60,936 bases of DNA from Scenedesmus sp. PABB004 (Eukaryota), in NCBI GenBank assembly GCA_014905635.1, contig JABVCE010000038.1, positions 186,001 through 246,936 on the forward strand. The letters run 5' to 3'. Positions 1 to 10,042 of the stretch are shown one piece after another. Made by a program: the position numbers and the translations under genes. Every line of letters begins with the position of its first letter. Position 1 is the stretch's first letter. Under the pieces are notes generated by a model. The model worked only from the letters and a program-made list of their open reading frames with translations. It was not told the DNA's origin and did not search any database.

Positions 1-1599
1 TGCGGCGCCTTGAAGGTGCCGCTCGCGGGGAAGGTCCGGCTGATGTCGGCGGTGTAGCACCGAAACTCGGCGCCTGCGCGCGGCGTGCGGCGGGCGCGGC
101 GCGTGACGGCGGGGCGCTGGCGAGCCGCCGCCGCCGCCGCTGTCGCGGCGGAGCGAGGTCGAGCGAGCAGGGGGTCCCGAACGTTCGGCCCCCGCCCCGC
201 CGCACGCGCGCCGTCCAGGGCGCCCCGCCCCCCGCCCAAAAAAAACAAACCCTAAACCCCGAGCCGCACCCGCGTCGACGAGCACCAGGTCGCCCTCAGC
301 GAGCGTCGCCGCGTTGCGCTCGTAGTGCAGCACAGCCGCGTTGCGCCCCGCGCCGACGATGCAGGGGTAGCCGAGCGCCGTGAGGCCGCGCAGCGCCGCG
401 GCGTGCACAAACGCGGCCTGCGGCGGCGCGCGGCGCGGAGGGGTGGGCCCGCCGGCGGCGCTGCACCGCGCGGCCCCGCCGCGCCGCCGCCGCCGCCTGC
501 CCCGCGCGCCGCGCCGCACCTCGAGCTGAAACTCGGTCACACCCGGCGCCGCGGCCGCCCACATCGCGGCGTGCCCCGCGCCGCTGCCCGCGCTCGCGGC
601 GAGGAGGCAGCCGACCTCGGCGGCCGTCTTGGTCGCGCGCGCGCGCGCGAGCGCCGCGCCGAGGAACGCCGCGCTCGGCACGGCGCCCGCGGCCGCGGCG
701 CCCTGCAGCCCCGCGAGCTGCTGCGCCTGCGACGCCTGGTGGCCGCGCGCGCCGGGCAGCGCGAGCGCGGCGGCCATCGCGTCGGGGTGGTCCTGCTCGC
801 GCACGTGCAGCGTCTCCACGCCGCCATGGCGCGCCTTCACGTACGCCGGCAGGTCCTCGGCGTATATGCACTCGTCCGCCCCCGCCGCCTCGGCGAGCGC
901 GTCCGCGCTCGGCAGCCCGCCCCACCACACCGCCGCCTCCGCGGGCACCTGCGGCGCGCACAACGCGCGGCGCGCGCGGGCGTTAGGCGTCGGCGCGCCG
1001 CCGAGCCGGGCACGCGCGCCGCGTGCCGGCCGCGCCGTCGCCGTGCCTTGGGCGCGACGAGGACGAAGCGCTGGCTCTCCGGATCGATGAGCGCGCCAAA
1101 GCCCGGCTCGCAGACGCCGGTCAAATAGGCAAAGTCTGAGGACGGCCGGAACTTGTGATAAACGTCAGCGCCATTCCTGTGCGCCAGGTCGCCTCCAGAG
1201 ACGTAGATGAGCCCGCCTGCGAGCGGCGGCGGCGGCGGAGGCATGAGCCGCGCGCAGCAGCGGCCGGCGCCGCGGCGCGCCGCGCCGCGCCGCGCCTGCG
1301 AGCGTCTCCTGGCACAGCTTTGCACGCAGCTCCCTGCACTGCTCCCGGTGGTCAATCACTGGGAAGCGCGGGTCGACGGCCTGCTGCGCAGCCGGCACCA
1401 CGGCCGGCGCTGCTGCTGCTGCCGCCGCCGCTGCAGCTCCGCGGCGCCTGCGCGCGCGGTGCCGAGCTCAGCAGCAGCGTCTTGCGGCAGCCGTCGCGCA
1501 GCTCGCCAGCAGCGCCGCGCACCTGGCTCGCGGGGCGGCGGCGAGCGGCGTGGCAGCAGCGCCGCTGCCGCCCACTCGATTCCCGCTCGCGCGCAGCAT
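1..1599 (-). CDS. Xaa-Pro aminopeptidase (peptidase M24B, aminopeptidase P-like); spliced, 3' end runs off the window, start codon tentative
   Basis: Exon peptides HKFRPSSDFAYLTGVCEPGFGALIDP (AMP_N domain, ~1050-1215) and GDLVLVDA..GAEFRCYTADISRTFPASGTFKAP (metal-binding Asp motifs, ~270-295 and 1-73). Candidate ATG at 1599 begins an Ala/Arg/Ser-rich, transit-peptide-like exon. Confidence 0.9.
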
Positions 1600-1948
1600 T
1601 GCCGCTCGCCCACTGGCTGGGTGCCCACGCACGTGCCGGCACTGTCGCTGTCACCGCGCCGGCGACGGGGCTCGTGGCGGCGCCGCGGTCAACCACGAGG
1701 GCTCTGGCGGGTGACGTTCGAGCGCCAGCAGCCGACGTCCGGGCCGCAGCACTCTCAGTGGCTATTGTTCCGCTAGCAGCAGCAGCTCGCACCGCTCAGC
1801 CGCAGGTCGCCCCACCCCAGAATCACCAGCCCGCGCCGCGCCGCGCTGCGCGCTGTGCTCCTCTTTGAGGGCGACGCCGCCCTGCCGCCAGGCGGACGCC
1901 GGCTCGTCCACTCCGCCGGCCGCCAGCTGGCTGTGGGCGCTGCGGCAG

Positions 1949-2051
1949 GTGCACGCACTCGCGCACCCAGCGCAGGGCGTGGAACTCCTGACTGTCTTGT
2001 TGCGACGGCCAGGAGTTCCACGCCCTGCGCTGGGTGCGCGCGTGCGTGCAC
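1949..2051. repeat. Near-perfect inverted repeat (hairpin 1)
   Basis: 1960-1990 is the exact reverse complement of 2010-2040 (31 bp); after one mismatch, 1949-1958 pairs with 2042-2051. Confidence 0.97.
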
Positions 2052-2091
2052 ACCTTCCGCGGCGCGGCGCCGCCGGCTGCCGGCCGGCCGC

Positions 2092-2175
2092 GCGCGCAGG
2101 CCTCCAGCCGGGGCTGCCAGTCCATCACGTGTTGGAACGTGATGGGCTGGCAGCGCCGGCTGGCGGCCTGGGCGC
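2092..2175. repeat. Inverted repeat (hairpin 2)
   Basis: gcgcgcaggcctccagccggggctgccagtccatcacgt / loop gttgga / acgtgatgggctggcagcgccggctggcggcctgggcgc, with a few single mismatches. Confidence 0.95.
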
Positions 2176-2240
2176 GCCTGCTCGTGGGCGCGGCGGCGCT
2201 GCACGCCGGGCTGCCGCGCCCTCCCCGCGACGGGCCTCGG

Positions 2241-2275
2241 TGGTGACGTCTGTGCCGGCGGCACAGACGTCACCA
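2241..2275. repeat. Perfect 16-bp hairpin (hairpin 3)
   Basis: tggtgacgtctgtgcc (2241-2256), loop ggc, ggcacagacgtcacca (2260-2275). Confidence 0.95.
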
Positions 2276-2312
2276 ACCGGCATGCCGGCGCCCGACGACG
2301 GCGGCGCGCTCG

Positions 2313-2497
2313 GTCGCACTCGGTCGCGCTGCTCGGTCGTACTGCTTGGGCTTGAGCTTGAGCACCCGCCCGTCCCCATCCTGCCCGCTCCCCGACCGCC
2401 CGTGGTTTGCGCTCACGGGCGGCCGGCGAGCGGGACGATGGGGAGGGGTGTGTGGGTGGTCAAGCTCCGCCTCGAGCAGCGCGACCGCGCGTGCGGC
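2313..2497. repeat. Long interrupted inverted repeat (hairpin 4)
   Basis: 2321-2335 pairs perfectly with 2473-2487; nested stems gagcttga/tcaagctc, ccccatc/gatgggg, cccgctc/gagcggg and ccgcccgtg/cacgggcgg. Confidence 0.88.
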
Positions 2498-2528
2498 TTT
2501 GCTGCGCAGCAGGGAGGGTTGACTCCGG

Positions 2529-2654
2529 GGGCTGCAGCGGCGCACGCGGCGGGACGGGCGCGCCGCGCGTGCGCATGAAGACGGCCTGCACCTGGGCACC
2601 TATCTCGCGCACGCGCGGCGCGCCCGCACCACCTCGTGCGCCGCGCTGCAGCCC
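2529..2654. repeat. Inverted repeat (hairpin 5)
   Basis: 2555-2574 pairs perfectly with 2607-2626 (20 bp); outer gggctgcagc/gctgcagccc. Confidence 0.88.
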
Positions 2655-2672
2655 TGTGCGTCGGGCGGCGCG

Positions 2673-2815
2673 CGAGCGTGCGCGCGCGCCACGCTGCTGC
2701 GCGAGGGCGAGGCAGTGCGTATGGATGCTCCGGCGGCGCACCGCTGGAGCTTCCGCACGCATCGCCTCACTGCGCGAGCTCACGCGCGTCGCGCAGCAGA
2801 GGCGCTGCACGCTCG
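2673..2815. repeat. Inverted repeat (hairpin 6)
   Basis: Inner stem 2709-2768 (gaggcagtgcgtatggatgctccggcgg-cgca-ccgctggagcttccgcacgcatcgcctc); outer ctgctgcgcga/tcgcgcagcag and cgagcgtgc/gcacgctcg. Confidence 0.85.
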
Positions 2816-2827
2816 GCGGCCGCTGGC

Positions 2828-2960
2828 GCGCGCGCGGGCCCGGCGCACCGCCCGGCGCGGCGGGCGCCAGCCCTGCACGTGCCGCTCAAACAGCTGCTTG
2901 AGCGCTGCGTCCAGGGCTGGCACCCGCCCGCGGCGCGCGGTGCGCCGGGCCCGCGCGCGC
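2828..2960. repeat. Inverted repeat (hairpin 7)
   Basis: 2828-2851 pairs perfectly with 2937-2960 (24 bp); inner gccagccctg/cagggctggc and cgctcaa/ttgagcg. Confidence 0.92.
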
Positions 2961-3621
2961 ACTCTGCGCGTAGACGAGTGCAGGCCAAGCAGGACCTGCA
3001 GCCGTTGTCTTGGGCCTGACCACGTGGAGGTGCTAGTGGTGGGTGCGTCGGGCGCCGGCCGCACAAGGTGCGGTGCTGCGGCGCGTGCGTGCGCCGTGAG
3101 CGCCGAGGCGGCCCGACGCGTGCGCGGTGCCTGGAGGGCTGCTGCTGGGGCCGGGCGCGCATGAAATGGCTTGAGGCTGCCGTGCAACCATCAACCGTGT
3201 TGCCAAACCGCCCGAGCGCACCCCCCACCGCCGCGGTCGGTCAGCCGCGCTGCGCGCCCGCTCCGCGCGCCCCGGCGTCCGGCGGCTCGGGCCCTCGGCC
3301 GGCGCGACGCTGCAGGCGTTGGAGGGCACGGGCCTCCCCGCGCGCGGAGGGCGCGGCGGTCGGCCGGGCGGAGCCCGTGCCGAGCGCCGCGCGTCCCGGC
3401 CGCGGCAGGTGCGCGGCTCTGCGCGGCGGCACAGCCGCACCCTTCGCGCTCGCTCCCGCCCGCCCCGCGCTTCAGCTCGGCCCTTTCACGCGCCCTCATC
3501 ACCGCGCTCCCTGCTCAGCCCGCCGCGTCCCCGTGCGCGCCGCGGCCGCCAGCAGCACCACGCGGCGCCGCCTGCGGCGCCCAGCGCTCGCCGCCCGCCC
3601 GCGGGCCCAGGGCAGCGCGCG

Positions 3622-6600
3622 ATGCTCCGATCGCTCTTCATCACGGCGGCGGCGCTGGCGGCGGTGCTGCTGGCCGGCGGCGCGCCGGCCTCGGCGCAGC
3701 CGCTGCCGCCGCCCGCCGCGGCCGCGCCGGCCCTCAACGCCAGCGCCGGCCTCGACGCCAGCGCCGGCCTCGACGCCGGCGCCGGCCCACGGCCGACCGC
3801 GCCGCTGCCGGCCACCGACCCCGCGTCGCCCGACTTCACGCTGCCCCCGGGCGCGGTCGCGCACCTCGAGGCCCTCGTCGCGCGCGTCGCCGGCAGCGCC
3901 GGCGCCCTGCAAGGCGCCGCCGCCTCGCAGGACGCCGCCGGCGCGCGCGCGGCGGGCTTTGTCTACGCCAACGGCACCCGCCTGCACCTGCGCGGCGAGC
4001 CGTTTGACCTCATCGGCGCCAACGCCTACTGGCTCGTCGACTTCTACGGGCTCAGCTGGGGGCGCCGCCAGATCGACGAGTTCCTCTCGGCCGCGCAGGC
4101 GCACGCCGCGCGCGCGCGCTGCCAGCTGGCCCCCGCGCCGCGCCGCGCCGCGCGGGGAGGCGCGCCGCGCGCGCCGCGGGAGCGCCCCTCGCGCTGGGCG
4201 GGGGCGGAGGCCGAGCTGGCCGCCCGCGCGCGCCTGCGCAGGCGCTGGGCCTGTCGGTCATCCGCACGTGGGCGTTCAACACAGGTGCGCCCGCGCCCTG
4301 CCCGTGCGCCGCCCGCCCGCCCGCCTGCGGCGCCGTCCCGCCCGCGCTCAGCGTGCCGCTGCCGCGCGCCCGCGAGCACACCACACACGCGCGCACACGC
4401 GCACCCGCCCGCGCTGCGCTGCGCCGCAGGCCTGCCGCGCGCGGCGGCGTCGTACGACGCCGTGCAGCTCGCGGGCCTGGACTACGTGATCTGGGCCGCC
4501 AAGGTGCGCGGCCTGCGCCTCAACCTGGCCCTGGGCAACTCGTGGAACGCCTACAAGGGCCCCGAGGAGTGGCTCGCCATGGCCACCGGCTCCGCGGGTG
4601 TGCGCGCGCGGCGCCGTGTGCGCCGTGGGGCCAACCCGCGCGGCGCTGAGCCGCGGCGCGCCGCGGCTGCGCGCGCCGCGCGCGCCGCCGCCCTGACGGC
4701 TGCGTCCGCCCCGCGTGCGCACGCGCGCAGAGGGCAAGGACGTGCTTGACTTTTACTCCGACCCGCGCGCGCGGGCGCTGTACAAGCTCCACATCTGGGG
4801 CCTCCTTACGTGCGGTTGGAGCGACGGTGGACGCCCCGGGGCGCCGCGCGTGGCCGCGCTCCCTCCGAGGGAGCGCGCCTCCCCCGCAGCCCTGGCGCGG
4901 GGCCGCCCCGCGGCGCGCGTGGGCTCGCCTGCCGCTCACGCGCCGCCGTCGCTGCCCACGCCGCCGCCGGCAGGCGCGTCAACCCGCTCACCGGCCTCGC
5001 GCTGCGCGACGACCCCACCGTGCTGGCCTGGAACGTTATCAACGAGCCTCGCTGCCCGGGTGCGGCGTGCACCGCGCGCCGCCGCGGCTCGATCGTCCCC
5101 GCAGCCCCAGCGCGCGCGTGCCGCGTGCTGCGCGCCGCGCGCAGGCTGCGTGGAGCCGGCGCAGCAGGCCGCGCACCAGGGCTGGGTCGCCGACGTCGCC
5201 GCCTTCCTGCGCGCGGTCGACCCCCGGCACCTCATCTCCGCCTCGACCGAGGGCTTCTTCGTGGAGGGTGCGACCCGCGCGCCGCGGCAGCAGCCCGCCG
5301 CCGCGCTGCACCCGTGCCCCGCGCTGCGCCCTTGGCAGCCCGCCGCCGCGCAGCCCGCGCCCCGCGCGCGCAGCCCGCACCCACCCACCCACCGCTCGCC
5401 CCCCGCTCCACGCGCTGCCAACCGCACCCCTCCAGCAGACCCTGCCAGCCTGCTGCACCTCTACAACCCCGGCCCCGGCGCGCAGTGCGACGGCGAGGAC
5501 TGGCTGCGCATCAACGCGCTCCCGCAGGCGCGCCGCCGCCGCGCCCTCGCAGCACGCCGCGCCGCGCCGCTCCCGCGCGCCGCGCGCCGCCCGCCTGTTG
5601 TTTTGCCCGGCGCGCTGTCCCACGCACCCGCGCATGCGTGCGCGCTCGCCGCGCCGTCACGCCGCTGACGTGGATTGGTTACGTCAGATTGACTACGCCA
5701 GCATCCACGTGTATGACAGGCACATGGAGCTCCTGCCCGCGCCGTCGGGCAACCCGGACTGGCCCAACTGGCGCGCCCCGCACGCGCGGCGCCGGCTGCC
5801 GCACGCGCGCGCGCCGCGCCCCAGCGCGTCGCGGCCAGGCGGCTGCCGGCGGGCAGCTCAGGCCCGCCCTGCGCGCCCGCGCCGCGTGCCGCCCAAACCT
5901 GCCGCCAGGGTGTACTGCGAGTTTGACTGCTACCTCAACTGGTTCAAGGCCTACGTCGAGGTGCGCCGCGCGGTCAGCCTTGCTGCACCGGGCGCTGCCC
6001 TGTGCGGCCAGACGCGCGCGCGCGCGCGCACGCGCCGCCGACCGCGCGCGCGCCCGACCCCCGCGCCAGCTGCACGCGTTCCTGTCGGCGCGCGTGCTGC
6101 GCAAGCCGACCGTCATCGAGGAGTTCGGCCTCACCTGGCACAAGAAGACGCTGCCGCAGCAGCGCGCGCTCTTCCAGGCGCGGCGGCGGCGGCGCGCGGG
6201 CGCGGGGCACCGCCGGCACGCCGGCGGCGCTGCGGCCCGCGCCCGCCCGCGCCCTCACGACGCCGATGCCGCGGCGCGCGCCAGGTCGCGCTCGACCTCA
6301 CGCTCGCGTCGGCCGCGGCGGGCGGGGCGATCGCGGGCGCGATGTTCTGGAACGCCGCGCACAACGACACCGTCGACGCGGGTGCGCGGAGGGTTCAGGG
6401 TCAACCCCCGCGCCTCTGTGTGTGTGCAAGCTGCCCTGCGGCGCGCGTGGTGTGGGTGGGCTACAGCCCGCCCTGCCGCGGATGCGCAGCCCACACGCAC
6501 CTGCCGCGGCGCGGCGCAGACGGCTACAACGTGCGCATCGACCGCCCCGCCCTCCTGGACCCGCGCTCCGCGATGCCGCCCCCGGGCGCGCTGCCGGCGG

Positions 6601-7602
6601 GCGTGGTCAGCGCGGCCGCGGCCGAGGCGCTCACGCCCGGTGCGCCCGCTGCGCGCGCTGCGCGGCACCGCCCTCACCGCGCCCGCGCCGGCGCCGCCCG
6701 GCTGTCAGCGGACCTGAAATGGCGGCTTGCGACTGACCGGCACCCCGCTGCGCTGCCCCGCCAGAGAACAATACCGGCCCCGCGCTGCCGGACGTGGTCT
6801 TCACCTCTGCCGGCGCGCCGCCTGAGCTGGCGGTGCAGATGGCGGCCGCACCGGCCGCGCCCCTGCCACTGGAGCCTGCCGCGGCGGGCAGCCCCCTCGC
6901 TGCCGCCGCCAACGCGAGCGCCGCCGCCAACGCGAACGCCGCCGCCAACGCGAGCGCCGCCGCCAACGCGAGCGCCGCCGCCAACGCGAGCGCCGCGGCC
7001 GCCGCCGCCGCGAACGCCAGCGCGGCGCCGGCAGGAGCGGCCGGCCCTGTCCCGCCGCCGGCGCTCACCGCGTCGACGCCGCCGCTGGCAGAGCCGCTGC
7101 CGCCGGCCCTGGGCGCGGTGGCGACCGCCGGCCGCCGCCTGCTGGCGGCGCGGCGCCGGCGCCGGCGCCGCCACTGGCAGCCCAGCGCGGCGCTCGTCGC
7201 AGTTCCCCCGGCGGCCCCGGCGCCGCGCTGGCCGCCGCCACGGGCGCGGGCGTGGCGGAGCACCTTGCCGCGACGTCAGGCCAGCCCTGGCGCGCGGCGC
7301 CCGAGGCGGGCGCCGCGCGCGCCCCGGGCGCCGACGCGGCGCCGCCGCACCACCACCGGCGCCGCGCGCAGCAGGTCGACGCGCTGGACGCGTTCCGGCG
7401 TGCCAGCTGGCGCGAGGCGTGCGCGGTCGAGGCGGCGAAAACCTGGCGACCGTACATGCTGTGGAACATCAGCACCGACGGCTCGCTGCTGGCCCAGCCG
7501 CGCGTCGCGGCTGCGCTCGCCGGCGGGGACGTGGTCGGCGTCATCAGCGAGGCGACCGCGGCGCTGGCGGAGCTGCGGCGCGCGCGCGAGCGGGCGCGCT
7601 GA
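3622..7602 (+). CDS. Secreted GH5 endo-beta-1,4-mannanase-like protein (GH5_7 type), about 14 exons
   Basis: Signal peptide MLRSLFITAAALAAVLLAGG; motifs GANAYWL, GLSVIRTWAFN, GLDYVIWAAK, RVNPLTGLALRDDPTVLAWNVINEPRC (acid/base Glu), DYASIHVY, KPTVIEEFG (nucleophile Glu), GAMFWN, DGYNV. Stop TGA at 7600-7602. Confidence 0.92.
6902..6991 (+). repeat. Coding 18-bp tandem repeat x5 encoding AAANAS
   Basis: Unit gccgccgccaacgcgagc (one copy ends aac) inside a mannanase exon. Confidence 0.9.
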
Positions 7603-7881
7603 GCCGTGCTGGGCGAGCGGGCGGGCGGCGCGGCGCATGCTGCCAGCTGCCGCGGTGGCGGCCGCGCGGCAATGAGAGCTAGCAGCGCTGGTGGTGGGGC
7701 AGCTAGGTCAGAGTTGCTGTGGCGAGGGCGGTCGGCTGTGTCGCTGGGCCGGCGGCGGGGCGCGGTGGCGGGCCAGCGGGCGCGGTGGCAACTTGCAGCT
7801 CGCGGCGCCCCGTCACTCAAACTCCAACCGCGCGGCATGCCGTGCTCCTTGGAACACTCCACCGCCGGCCTCGCGGCCGCC

Positions 7882-9861
7882 TCACGCCTGGGCCGCCGCA
7901 GCCTGGGCCGCAGCCGCCGCAGGCTTGGCCTCAGCCGCAGCCTTGGCCGCAGCCGCCGCGGCCTTGGCCTCAGCCTCAGCCTTGGCCGCAGCCGCCGCCG
8001 CGGCCTTGGCCGCAGCCGCCGCAGCCTCCTCCTCCTTCCTCTCCTCCTCCAGCTTGGTGAGGAGGTCGCGCAGGCTGGCGGACTTGCCGCTCCACGGCGA
8101 CGGCCAGTCACCCTTGGCAGCGAACTCTGCGCGCGTGTCATAAATGCAGCTGTAACGACGCGAGCCGCTGGGGGTCGTGCTCGCCTCCTGCCACGCAAAG
8201 TCCCACAGCTCGCGCACTGCCGCGCGGCTGTAGCGGCCGCGCTCGCTGCCGATGCTGCGCTCCACGCGCGCGCTCTCGTCGCGCACGAGCGCCGCCAGGC
8301 TCTTGTCGCGCGCCTCGTACGCGGCGCAAAAGGCGACGTAGCGGTCGTAAGCGTCGTCCAGCAGGCCGTACACCTGCGGCGACGGCACGCGGCTCGCGAG
8401 CCGATCGGCGGCGGGCGCAGCTCTGCGCGGCGCGGCCCAGGCCCACTGCCGGCCCGCGCGGCGAGCTCGCCGGCCCTCTGCGCACCTCGGCGCTGCCGAT
8501 CAGGTCCAGCACGCCCTGCAGCGCCGGCGCGTCCGCCGAGGGCGGCAGGAGGAGGGGCAGCAGGCTGGCAGAGCCAGCCGAGAACCTGCGGCGGCGGTGG
8601 CGGCGGCCGTGAGGCGGTGAGGCCGCGGAGCTGCCAGGCAGCCAGGTGGCGGCACAGCAGGGCTCACTTGTGCAGCGGGATGGGCTCCAGGCCGCGCAGG
8701 AGCGAGCTCGGCGCGTCCAGCAGCGCACGCACGCGCGCCTGGCCCGCCGCCGCCTCGGCGTCGGGCGTGCCCGCCGGCAGCGTGACCGCGGGCAGGAGCG
8801 CGGTGTGGCGCGCCAGCGCGGCCATGGTCGCCAGGTCCAGCTTGGACGGCCCGCTAGGCAGCAGGTAGAGGCAGGCGGTCACCGTGTGCTGCAGGCTGCC
8901 GCACGCGACGCTCCTGCGGCGGCGCGGGCGGCGGCGTGAACGGCAGCGCCAGGGAGCGCGCGCCGCGCTGCAGCGCACTGGCTCACTTTTGCAGGCCCTT
9001 GCTGCCGCCGAGCTGGGCGTAGTCCTTCTCCTGCTGGCCCAGCAGGTGCGTCACGAGCGTCTCCACGTGCTGCACGGGGTCCAGGCTGAACGCCTGCCCG
9101 GGCGAGTCCTGCGCGCCAGCAGCGGCGCGCCCGCAGCGGCAGCAGGAGGAGCTCAGGCGCGGGTCGGCAGCGCGGGCGGCTGGCTGCGGGGCTCACGCGC
9201 GCGTGCTGTGACAGCCGGGCGTGCAAGCACACCTGGAAGGTGTACACCATCTCCCGGCAGGCCTTGGGCAGCGTGATGGGGTCCAGGCTGGTCGCCCACG
9301 CGACGGGGTCGCGCGCAAACGCATCATGCGGCTCAACCTCCTCGGCGGGCTTGCCCTCGGCGGGCTTGCCCTCGGCGTTGTCGACCTCGGCGGGCGCCAC
9401 GCCGGAGCCCTCGGCGGGCGCCGCGCCCTTGCCGGCGGCCGGTGCGCCGGCGTCCGCCGGCGTCGGGGCCTTGGCCAGCGCCAGCGCGGCGCCCGTGGTG
9501 TCCCTCCCAGTGTACAGCGCGCCGCCAGCAATCAGCAGGTTGACGTGCGTGCGGATGTGCCGCGGCGGCAGGTCGGGCTTGAGGCTGGCCGACGCCGCGT
9601 TGGCCAGGTCTGCGCCCGACCAGCGCGCGCGCGGCGCGCGACGTGCCAGTGGGTTGCCGCCTGCGCGCGGCGGCCGCAGCGAGGCATTGGATTGCACCCG
9701 GCCGTGCTGGGGGCGTGGCGTGGGAGCCACCTGCGCGCCCGTGCCGCACCGGGGCCGCGCAGCGCGACGCCGCCGCTCGGCGCCGCGGCAAGCTGCCGGC
9801 CGGCCTGGCCCTGGCGCAGGGCGTGAGCCCGGGGCGCCGGGCAGCACGTGGCGAGCTGCAT
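7882..9861 (-). CDS. Degenerate septin-like (P-loop GTPase fold) protein with C-terminal Ala/Glu/Lys helix; 5' end uncertain
   Basis: Spliced peptides HVNLLIAGGALYTGRDTT (degenerate G1), YTFQ|DSPG (G3 DxxG), HVETLVTHLLGQQEKDY, VTACLYLLPSGPSKLDLATMAALARHTALLPAVT (septin CLYF...LD..M..L....PV pattern), LLDDAYDRY. Confidence 0.6.
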
Positions 9862-10042
9862 AGGACCTGGCGTGGCCTGCACGAGCGGCGGCGCGACCGG
9901 CACGGACTGCTGCGCGGCGCACGGCGTTTCGTTGCCTGGCACGCGCGATCAGCTGCGCGAGTGCAGGCGGGGGCCTTGGCGCGGATCAGGGAGGCTGCCC
10001 AATGATCACGCGGAGGACAAGCAGTTGAGGAGGCGGCAGGGT

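Larger units (their letters stand above)
1650..3150. ncRNA. Candidate large structured non-coding RNA or hairpin (miRNA/siRNA precursor) cluster
   Basis: Consecutive inverted repeats at 1937-2065, 2092-2175, 2238-2279, 2313-2497, 2529-2654, 2673-2815 and 2828-2960, plus smaller stems. No credible protein in any frame. The hairpins are seen directly; transcription is inferred. Confidence 0.5.

Noticed and set aside
1650..3150. Telomerase RNA, SRP RNA, RNase P/MRP RNA or group II intron identity for the hairpin locus
   Set aside because: I found no CCCTAAA-type template on either strand and could not see SRP helix 8, P4 or domain V consensus motifs by eye. An Rfam search is still warranted.
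1865..3228. ORFs overlapping the hairpin region, including the apparently repeated peptide HPAQGVELL
   Set aside because: The same peptide on both strands is an artefact of the inverted repeat; there is no recognisable domain or coherent exon chain.
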